From assembly GCA_965207805.1 (NCBI GenBank), contig OZ242312.1, positions 684,748-748,747 of the forward strand: 64,000 nucleotides of DNA, given 5' to 3'. The notes beneath the pieces were generated by a model that was given only the letters and a program-made list of their open reading frames with translations, ran no database searches and was not told where the DNA came from. Position 1 is the first letter of the stretch. Each line of letters begins with the position of its first letter. Shown here piece by piece: positions 57,027-64,000 of this stretch. This DNA is from Gemmatimonadota bacterium. GTDB taxonomy: Bacteria; Gemmatimonadota; Gemmatimonadetes; Palauibacterales; Palauibacteraceae. The translations under genes were made by a program, and so were the position numbers.

Positions 57027-57389
57027 TACGCGACAAGATTGCGACACGCCGGTTCCGGAGGCTCAGGCACGACCATGTGAGCAGCGAGCCCGGCGCGTGG
57101 CGGATTCACCGGGTGGCACCGTTCCACGCGCCGGGAGACCCGGTAAACCTCTTTCGTCGCCTCCGGGCGGTCGTCGCCGCCATGCCGCGTACTCACATTG
57201 TCACGGCGACGGACGATTACCTGCACGCCGTCTGCCGAACCCGGCTCGGGTTCCGCGACGATCTTGAGTTCCGATGGTGTTCGTCGGAGGGCGTCGCCCA
57301 TGTAGCATCGGCGTCTCGCATCGGTCTGTTCGATTTTTGGGTAAACCGGCGGAGGGTAGAGCGGGTGCGCGGGAAGCTTGAAGCCGAAG

Positions 57390-58568
57390 TCAGCCGCGGT
57401 TGCCCTCGCCCCAGGCGGAGGTGAGTGGCTTCCCGTCGATGAAGCGGCCCGGGCGGAAGGGTGAGAGGTCGATCTCCGGCGCCTCCCCGCAGATGACATC
57501 GGCAAGGGCTTCGCCGATCGGGGGGCCGAGCTTGAACCCGTGGCCGCTGCCGCCGAAGAAGGCGTAGTAGCCCTCGAGGCCGGGCTCCGGGCCGACGATC
57601 GGGTGCCAGTCGTCCGTGATCGTGTAGAGCGAGGCGTAGCCGCCCAGGTGCCGGGCGCGGGCCAGCGCCGGGATCCTCCGGAAGAGCGGGCGCTCGATGC
57701 GTTCGCGCATCTCCGGATCGAGGGCCGGATCGCAGTCGTCCGGATCCACCGGCTCGATGTCCTTGGGCGCCCCCAGCCCGGCGATGATCCGGTCTTCGCC
57801 GTAGGGCCGCAGATAGACGCGCAGACCCGGGTCCGAGACCACCGGAAGGGCGTCGAAGCCGGCCGGTCGCTCCACGAACAGATCGCTCTCGCGGCTCCAG
57901 CGCAGCGAGTACCTGAGGCCGAACCAGGAGCCGACCTGCCCCGCCCAGGGACCCGCGGCGTTCACGACGACGTTCGTCGCGATCGTTCCGTCCTCGGTCT
58001 CCACCGCGACCACCCGGTCTCCATGCAGGCGGACGCCCGTGGCGGCGACGCCGGCGCGGGGCTCGAGTCCCCACGGGCGGGCCGCGGCCACGAGGTTCTC
58101 CGTCGTGCGCGTCGGGTCGGCGTAGCCCGAGCGGGGCTCGAGGATGCCGTACGACACGCCGTCCAGGGAGAGGGGCGGCGCCAGTTCGGCCACTTCTTCC
58201 ACGGTCAGCCGGTCGACCTGGAGTCCGTGCCGCTGCTCCGACTCGAGGATGTGTTCCCCGGCGGCGCGAAGGCGCTCGTCGATCAGGAGCAGGAAGCCGA
58301 TGGGCCGGAACCCGCAGTCGCCGCCGAGCAGGTCCCGATCGTTGTCGAACATGTGAAGGGCGCGCTTCGCGAGTTCGAGCGTAATCGGGTTCGAGTAGTA
58401 CGTGCGGACGATCGCGGCGGAATGTCCCGTGCTCACGCCCGCCAGGCGCCCCTTCTCGAGCAGCACGACGCGTCCGAACCCTCGCTTGGCGAGGAAGTGC
58501 GCCGCGCTGGCGCCCATGATCCCGCCACCGATGACCACGGCATCGGCGGTCTTCGCTCCCGCAGTCAT
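57390..58568 (-). CDS. FAD-dependent oxidoreductase (DAO family; sarcosine oxidase beta / glycine oxidase-like)
   Basis: N-terminal ADAVVIGGGIMGASAAHFLAKRG. C-terminal HGFKLGP-like motif. Start ATGA-overlaps the hyuB stop. Confidence 0.8.
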   Translation of the reverse strand: MTAGAKTADAVVIGGGIMGASAAHFLAKRGFGRVVLLEKGRLAGVSTGHSAAIVRTYYSNPITLELAKRALHMFDNDRDLLGGDCGFRPIGFLLLIDERLRAAGEHILESEQRHGLQVDRLTVEEVAELAPPLSLDGVSYGILEPRSGYADPTRTTENLVAAARPWGLEPRAGVAATGVRLHGDRVVAVETEDGTIATNVVVNAAGPWAGQVGSWFGLRYSLRWSRESDLFVERPAGFDALPVVSDPGLRVYLRPYGEDRIIAGLGAPKDIEPVDPDDCDPALDPEMRERIERPLFRRIPALARARHLGGYASLYTITDDWHPIVGPEPGLEGYYAFFGGSGHGFKLGPPIGEALADVICGEAPEIDLSPFRPGRFIDGKPLTSAWGEGNRG

Positions 58569-60325
58569 CGTCCCGGCGCTTGGCGCAGTCTTCTCGTCTC
58601 GGCGAGGTCGACAACCCATTCGCCCGGCTTGACGACCACGCCGTAGGCCTCCCGCGCCCGGTCGCGCGAGACCTTGCCCTCCCGCACGTCCCGGAGCACC
58701 GCCTCCGGATCCCGTTGGTGCGCCGGTCCGAACCCGCCCCCACCGGCCGTCTCGATCCGCACCCGGTCTCCCGTACTGAGCTGCACCGTCGCCTTCGAGC
58801 CCAGATCCCGCGCCTCGCCGCCCGAGATCAGCCGGTAGCTCGCGACCTTTCCGTCGTCGCCCCCGTGCAGGCCGTGGGCCGGGAACCGCGCCCGGTCGGC
58901 CAGCGTCGTGAACGTCGGTTCGTGGCCCACGAACTCGTACTCGCGGCACAGCGCGAGGCCGCCCCGCCGCCGGCCCGCCCCCTCGGAATCCGGGACGAGG
59001 CTGTACTCGTGGATCCGCACCGGATAGTTGAGTTCGGTCTCCTCGATCGGCGCATTCTGCGTGTTCTGGATGTGGGTCTGGACCGCGTCCGGGCCGTCGG
59101 CGTCGTGCCGCCCGCCGTACCCCCCCGCGAGCGTCTCGAGGAAGCAGTAGTACTCCCCGGTCGCCGGATCCTCGCCGCCGAACCCCACGTGACAGATCAT
59201 CCCCTTCGTTCCCGCGGGAACGCGCTCCGGCATGGGGTCCGCGAGCGCCCGGAACATGATGTCGCACAGCCGCATCGCGACTTCCCAGCCGCCGACGACT
59301 CCCGCCGGTGGCCGGACGTTCACCGCGGATCCCTCGGGCGCCACGACTTCGATCGGGCGGTAGAAGCCCTCGTTCAGCGGGATGTCCGGGTCGACCAGAC
59401 ACTTGAGCACGTAGACGCAGGCGGTAAAGCACTGCGTCAGGTTGCAGTTCATGGGCGCCGCGCGCTGCGCGTCGGTCCCCGTGAAGTCGAAGCGCACCGT
59501 CGAACCGTCGAAGCGGATCCGGACCTTCAGGTGGACCGGCTCCCCGGTGATCCCGTCGTCGTCGAGACACCCCTCCGCCGCGAACTCGCCATGCGGGAGA
59601 TCCGCCAGTTCCGTCCGCAGCCGCCGCTCGCTGTACTCGATCATGCGGTCCATGTAGGAACCCAGCATCTCCGCCCCGTAGCGTTCCCACAGCGCGGACA
59701 GCCGCCGCAGCCCGATCTCGTTCGCCGCGTGCTGCGCGCGCAGGTCGCCCGCCACCTCCTTCTTCGCGCGCACGTTGGCGAGCATGAGCTTCAGCACGTC
59801 GTCCACGAGGTCGCCGCCGTCGAAGAGCTTCACCACGGGGAGGATGATCCCCTCCTGGTAGATCTCGCGGAACGCGCCGATGCTCGCCGGCGCCCCGCCT
59901 CCCACGTCCACGTGGTGGCAGCAGTTGGCGACGTATCCCACGCGTTCCCCCTCGTGGAAGAAGGGCGTGATGAGAAAGACGTCGTTGAGGTGGCTCGCCT
60001 GCCGGTGCGGATCGTTGACCAGCAGCCCGTCCCCCGGCCCCAGCGTCCCCTCGCCGTGCTCCGCCTCGTACTCGGCCACCGCGCGCGGGACGAGCCGCCC
60101 GATCGTCACCAGGTGCGCGGGCTGGCAGAACGCCTGCGCGATCATCCGCCCGTCCGCGTCCACGAAGGCACACGAATAGTCGAGCCGCGTCTTGATGTTC
60201 GTCGAATAGGCGGTGCGCTGGAGCGTGACGGACATCTCCTCCGTCGCCTCGACGAGCGCGTTCCGGATCACCTCGAACAGGACCGGATCCACGGCACCCC
60301 CAGTGGGGGTTTCAGGCTGCGGCAT
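58565..60325 (-). CDS. hyuB: hydantoinase B / N-methylhydantoinase B / oxoprolinase subunit
   Basis: Hydantoinase_B family motifs (DPVLFEVIRNAL, ITPFFHEGERVGYVANCCHHVDVGG). ~586 aa. Confidence 0.85.
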   Translation of the reverse strand: MPQPETPTGGAVDPVLFEVIRNALVEATEEMSVTLQRTAYSTNIKTRLDYSCAFVDADGRMIAQAFCQPAHLVTIGRLVPRAVAEYEAEHGEGTLGPGDGLLVNDPHRQASHLNDVFLITPFFHEGERVGYVANCCHHVDVGGGAPASIGAFREIYQEGIILPVVKLFDGGDLVDDVLKLMLANVRAKKEVAGDLRAQHAANEIGLRRLSALWERYGAEMLGSYMDRMIEYSERRLRTELADLPHGEFAAEGCLDDDGITGEPVHLKVRIRFDGSTVRFDFTGTDAQRAAPMNCNLTQCFTACVYVLKCLVDPDIPLNEGFYRPIEVVAPEGSAVNVRPPAGVVGGWEVAMRLCDIMFRALADPMPERVPAGTKGMICHVGFGGEDPATGEYYCFLETLAGGYGGRHDADGPDAVQTHIQNTQNAPIEETELNYPVRIHEYSLVPDSEGAGRRRGGLALCREYEFVGHEPTFTTLADRARFPAHGLHGGDDGKVASYRLISGGEARDLGSKATVQLSTGDRVRIETAGGGGFGPAHQRDPEAVLRDVREGKVSRDRAREAYGVVVKPGEWVVDLAETRRLRQAPGR

Positions 60326-61751
60326 TTCGGCCCCCGGTTCGAGTTTCGAGACGCGCACCGATCCACAGAATCAGGATCGTCAGCGGCAGTCCGACCAGGA
60401 TCGGATCCAGTTCCCAGATGATGACGACGGCCCCCACCTCGCGAATCGCCCCGAACGTCTGCCATACCGCCTGCACGGCGGCGCCGATGAGCATCGCCGC
60501 CATCACCGTCCGCGGCGCCTGCCGAAGCGAGGGGAAGAGGACGATCCCGATGAGCGCGGGGGCGACGGAGGCCCCCATGATCCGTCCCCCGATCCAGAAC
60601 AGTTCGATGAGGAGGGGGAGCACCAGGTAGAGGGCGGCCGCGAGCGCCCCGACGAGGAGGACGTTGAGGCGGTAGACCCAGAGCTGCCGGACGGCGCTCG
60701 CCGTGGGCGCGATGAAGCGCGCATATAAATCAAGCGTGAAGTTGGAGGCGATCGTGTTGATCGTGCTGGAGAGCGTCGACATGCTCGCCGCGAGCACGCA
60801 CACGACGACGAGGCTCGCGAGTTCGTTCCCCGCCGCCCCGAAGGCGAGCGTGACGAAGGCGTCCTCCGCCGCGAGGTCCGGCCCGTAGACCGTGCGGGCG
60901 ACGATCCCGATCAGGGGCGGCGTCATGTACCAGATCGAGGCGATGACCCCGCCGTAAAGGAATCCCCGCCGCGCCACCTCCGCGCTCTTCGCCGCGAAAC
61001 CGCGCTGGATGAGCCCCTGGTACGCACCCGTGATCGCGAGTCCGATGACGATCCAGGCCAGCACCTGGGTGACGCCGGCCCGGCCGAAGATGTCGACCAA
61101 CGCCGGATCGAGGCTGGCGCTCAGCCCGCCGAGTCCTCCGGCCGCGGCCAGCCCCGCCACGAGCACCGCGATCGAACCGGCCAGGATGATGAAGAACTGG
61201 ATCGCGTCGGTCGCCATCACCGCCCACATGCCGCCCAGGAACACATAGACGGACGTGACGCCGAGCCACAGGAGGAGCGATTCGGCCACCGAGATGCCGA
61301 GCACCGCGGTGGTAACGAGCGTCAGCGCGCCGATCGTCCCCGCCGTCACGCCCATGTCCCGCAGGATGACGAGGAGGAGGGAGACGATCCGGTGCCGCGG
61401 ACCGAAGCAGCGGCCGAAGAGTTCCGGGATCGTGATGACGCCGGTCTCCCACAGCCGCGGGATGATGAAGTACGCGATCCAGATCGTCCCGAGCATGAAG
61501 GAGCCGCCGCTCCAGTAGGCGTCGAGGCCGAAGTCCGCGCCGAGCGCCGAGATCCCGATCAGGGTGGTGCCGTTGATCCAGGTGGCGGCAACGGAAAAGG
61601 CGATGAGCCACACGCCCGAGTGGCGCCCCGCCACCGCCATGTCCTCGACGGAGCGCACCCGCCGCCGGAACCACACGCCGACCCCCAGCATGAGCGCGAG
61701 GTAAGCCCCGATGAGCCACCACGACAGCTGAGCCCCCTGCGCCCCGTCCAT
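60312..61751 (-). CDS. sodium:solute symporter family (SSF) transporter
   Basis: 13-14 predicted TM segments. SSF signatures (GRHSGVWLIAFSVAATWING, MSTLSS). Confidence 0.8.
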   Translation of the reverse strand: MDGAQGAQLSWWLIGAYLALMLGVGVWFRRRVRSVEDMAVAGRHSGVWLIAFSVAATWINGTTLIGISALGADFGLDAYWSGGSFMLGTIWIAYFIIPRLWETGVITIPELFGRCFGPRHRIVSLLLVILRDMGVTAGTIGALTLVTTAVLGISVAESLLLWLGVTSVYVFLGGMWAVMATDAIQFFIILAGSIAVLVAGLAAAGGLGGLSASLDPALVDIFGRAGVTQVLAWIVIGLAITGAYQGLIQRGFAAKSAEVARRGFLYGGVIASIWYMTPPLIGIVARTVYGPDLAAEDAFVTLAFGAAGNELASLVVVCVLAASMSTLSSTINTIASNFTLDLYARFIAPTASAVRQLWVYRLNVLLVGALAAALYLVLPLLIELFWIGGRIMGASVAPALIGIVLFPSLRQAPRTVMAAMLIGAAVQAVWQTFGAIREVGAVVIIWELDPILVGLPLTILILWIGARLETRTGGRNAAA

Positions 61752-61757
61752 CTCCAG

Positions 61758-61865
61758 CTACCCTCGCAGCAGCCAGCCCCAGAGCCCGATGTAGCCGAAG
61801 CCCAGGAGCACGAGGATGAGGAGCGCGAGCCACGGAGTGAGGCGCGGGAGCACGATCCGGTCCAT
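61758..61865 (-). CDS. putative small single-TM membrane protein immediately upstream of the SSF symporter (DUF4212/DUF3311-like small subunit?)
   Basis: MDRIVLPRLTPWLALLILVLLGFGYIGLWGWLLRG lies at the C-terminal end of artefact ORF 61758..63593. Its position matches small accessory proteins often seen upstream of SSF transporters. Start uncertain. Confidence 0.3.
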   Translation of the reverse strand: MDRIVLPRLTPWLALLILVLLGFGYIGLWGWLLRG

Positions 61866-61945
61866 CCGGGCCGGGTCCGGGTGGTCTCCGGCCGTCGAGT
61901 TTTTCCCGCCGCCATCGGGTCGCCCCCCGCTCGGGTCCCGCCCGT

Positions 61946-64000
61946 TCACGCGGCGCCTCCCGGGGCGATCAGCAGGTTGCCGAACTCGTCCACGGTGGCG
62001 CGATAGGCGGCATGGACGAGCGTGGTGGAATCGACTTCCTCGATGACCGCGGGGCCGACCACCACGTGGCCCGCCCTGAGCCGCGACCGGGCGTAAAGCG
62101 CGGTTTCGACGAAGCCGCCGGCGTCGGCGAAGAACACCCGCCTCGTCCCCCGCTGGGCGTCCGAGATGTCCTTTCCGTTCGAGCCGATCCTCGGGAGCCG
62201 GGGCCGCGCGATCCTGCCGATGGCCGTGACCGTGAAGTTCACGAGTTCGACGGGCTGCTCGGGGTATCCGTGTCCGTAGGCCCGCTCGTGCTCCACGTGG
62301 AAGCGGCGCACGGCATCGGCCAGCGTCGCGGTGTCCATCTTCCGATCCGGCCCGTCGTCCACCCCGTCCCGCGGCAACGCGACGGGCACCTCCGAGGACT
62401 GGCCGGCATACCGCATCTCGATTCCCCTCCGGAACTCCATGTCCTCCGGCGCCACGCCTTCGCGCCGGAGCGTGCGCCGACCCTCCCCCTCCATCGTCTC
62501 GAAGAGCGACCGGATCCGCGACGCGTTCGCCTCGGCGGCGGCCGTGACGCGCGTGCGCGAGAACTCGTGCCGCAGGTCCGTGACGAGGAGACCCAGGGCG
62601 GACGCCGTCCCCGGACTCGGCGGGATCACGAGGGTTGGAATCTGCATCTCCATGCAGAGTCGGTTCGCGTGCAGCGGCCCGGCCCCGCCGAACGCGACCA
62701 TCGTCAACTCGCGCGGATCGTTGCCCCGCCGCACCGTCACGAGCCGCAGCGCGTTGATCATCGTCGCGTTCGCGATCTCGATGATCCCGTTCGCCGCCTC
62801 GGTCGGGTCGAGGCCGAGCGGCTCGGCGCAGCGCTCGCGGATGCCCGCGGCGGCCGCGTCCACGTCGAGCGCCATCTCGCCGCCCAGGAAGTAGTCGGGG
62901 TTCAGGCGGCCGAGCACGAGGTTGGCGTCCGTGATCGTGGGCTCGGTCCCGCCCTTCCCGTAACAGATCGGCCCCGGGTCGGCGCCCGCGCTCCGGGGTC
63001 CCACGCGGAGCCCCCCTCCCGCGTCCACCCACGCGAGGCTTCCTCCGCCCGCGCCCACCTCCACGAGGTCGATGACCGGCGTCCGGATCGGGTAACCGGC
63101 GGCCCGCGTCATCCCCTGCCCCGGCTGGGCCTGCGCTCCGACCTCGTACTCCTTCGTGACGCGCGGTCGGCCGTCGAGGACCAGCCCGGCCTTGGCCGTC
63201 GTCCCTCCCATGTCGAAGGAAATCAGATCCGCGTGGCCGAGTTGGCCCGCGATGAAGTTGGCGGAGACCACGCCCGCGGCGGGTCCGGACTCGACCATGA
63301 ACACGGGCTTGCTCGCCGCCTGTTCCGCCGTCAGCACCCCGCCGTTGGACTGCATGACGAGAAGCTCCGCCTGGAGACCGGCGCGCCCGAGCCCTTCCTC
63401 GATCCCGGCGAGATAGCGCGCCACTACCGGAACGATGCAGGCGTTGATCACGCACGTGCTGGCCCGGAAATACTCCCGGAACTCGGGGCACACGCTGGAT
63501 GAGAGCGAGATGAGAAGATCGGGATCCTCCTCCCCCAGGATCTCGGCCACCTGCTCTTCGTGCGCCGGGTTCGCGTAGCCGTGCAGGAGGCACACGGCGA
63601 CGGACCGGACGTCCCGCGCCCGCAGCGCCGCCGCGATCTCCCGGACGGCGTCCTCATCGAGCGGCCGAAGCACGCCGCCCGCCGGGTCCAGCCGCTCCGG
63701 CACCTCGTAGCACAGGTCGCGCGGGACGAGCGGGCGCAGCTTCTCGAAGTGGACGTCGTACAGAGAGGGCCTGACCTGGCGGGCGATCTCGAGCATGTCG
63801 CCGAAGCCCTCCGTGGTCACGAAGGCCGTCCGCGGCGTCGTCCCCTCGATGAGCGAGTTCGTCGCGACCGTCGTCCCGTGGACGAGATGGGAGACGGCGC
63901 GGGGGTCGACTTCACCCCCATCGAGGGCACGCCCCACCGCCGCCATGAAGCCGATGGAGGGATCCGCCGGCGTGGACGGGACCTTGGCGGTGTCGATGCG
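61946..64000 (-). CDS. hyuA: hydantoinase A / N-methylhydantoinase A / oxoprolinase subunit; N-terminus lies beyond the window end
   Basis: Hydantoinase_A motifs (LVHGTTVATNSLIEG, ISFDMGGTTAKAGLV). The frame remains open upstream of the internal Met at 63946 to position 64000 (..RIDTAKVPSTPADPSIGF-MAAV..). Confidence 0.85.
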   Translation of the reverse strand, partial: RIDTAKVPSTPADPSIGFMAAVGRALDGGEVDPRAVSHLVHGTTVATNSLIEGTTPRTAFVTTEGFGDMLEIARQVRPSLYDVHFEKLRPLVPRDLCYEVPERLDPAGGVLRPLDEDAVREIAAALRARDVRSVAVCLLHGYANPAHEEQVAEILGEEDPDLLISLSSSVCPEFREYFRASTCVINACIVPVVARYLAGIEEGLGRAGLQAELLVMQSNGGVLTAEQAASKPVFMVESGPAAGVVSANFIAGQLGHADLISFDMGGTTAKAGLVLDGRPRVTKEYEVGAQAQPGQGMTRAAGYPIRTPVIDLVEVGAGGGSLAWVDAGGGLRVGPRSAGADPGPICYGKGGTEPTITDANLVLGRLNPDYFLGGEMALDVDAAAAGIRERCAEPLGLDPTEAANGIIEIANATMINALRLVTVRRGNDPRELTMVAFGGAGPLHANRLCMEMQIPTLVIPPSPGTASALGLLVTDLRHEFSRTRVTAAAEANASRIRSLFETMEGEGRRTLRREGVAPEDMEFRRGIEMRYAGQSSEVPVALPRDGVDDGPDRKMDTATLADAVRRFHVEHERAYGHGYPEQPVELVNFTVTAIGRIARPRLPRIGSNGKDISDAQRGTRRVFFADAGGFVETALYARSRLRAGHVVVGPAVIEEVDSTTLVHAAYRATVDEFGNLLIAPGGAA

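Noticed and set aside
57217-61833. ORFs 57217..58743(-), 57390..60173(-) N-terminal extension, 58580..60421(+), 60730..61833(-), 61758..63593(-), 62012..63502(+)
   Set aside because: Alternative-frame translations overlapping the FAD-oxidoreductase, hyuB, SSF symporter and hyuA genes. Only the C-terminal 35 codons of 61758..63593 (the small TM peptide) were retained, as a low-confidence feature.
1-64000. Transposases, integrases, phage or defence (restriction-modification, toxin-antitoxin, cas) genes
   Set aside because: None of the supported ORFs shows DDE/tyrosine-recombinase/HNH/PIN or methyltransferase motifs. The only mobility-like signal is the tRNA-end repeat array.

Overview
The window is a high-GC (about 68-70%) bacterial chromosomal segment, densely coding, and predicted to encode many Sec/Tat-exported amide-bond hydrolases. 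Because of the GC content, many six-frame ORFs are antisense or overlapping artefacts; I kept only ORFs with recognisable family motifs, signal peptides, plausible RBS/start codons or operon context. Contents in order: (1) the 3' end of a PolX-family PHP domain gene and a GntR-like regulator; (2) a tRNA cluster (Gln-CTG, Ser-GCT, Ser-GGA, Ser-CGA) interrupted by three tandem ~115-123 bp repeats that each end in a copy of the last ~17 nt of tRNA-Ser(GGA); (3) queC, pncB and a secreted amidohydrolase; (4) a Fur-family (Zur-like) regulator divergent from a COG0523/CobW GTPase-flavoprotein-PT-repeat protein-cupin module, with an imperfect palindrome in the shared promoter; (5) gamma-glutamyltranspeptidase divergent from a Tat-signal D-amino-acid-oxidase-like flavoprotein; (6) a MerR regulator divergent from an uncharacterised protein plus an MFS efflux pump; (7) an operon of a cytochrome c / copper-monooxygenase-like fusion, an unknown secreted protein and prolyl oligopeptidase; (8) a PQQ-dependent dehydrogenase followed by an Ig-like lipoprotein, an outer-membrane beta-barrel and a Gly/Tyr-rich low-complexity secreted protein; (9) a 1-Cys peroxiredoxin, an amidohydrolase and a split TPP-dependent (ComD/ComE-like) decarboxylase; (10) a Co-type nitrile hydratase operon (alpha, beta, activator) whose alpha subunit carries an N-terminal twin-arginine signal and a His-rich tract; (11) a BNR/sortilin-like protein; (12) a translationally coupled exported-hydrolase operon (D-aminoacylase, amidohydrolase-3, CehA/McbA-like metallohydrolase, CapA-family) plus a TolB-CehA fusion paralogue; (13) enoyl-CoA hydratase, endonuclease IV, an SDR enzyme, a DUF5916-like protein, a formamidase and an NHL-repeat protein; (14) a hydantoinase A / small membrane protein / Na+:solute symporter / hydantoinase B / FAD-oxidoreductase cluster running off the window end. 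No CRISPR array, rRNA or obvious transposase was seen.
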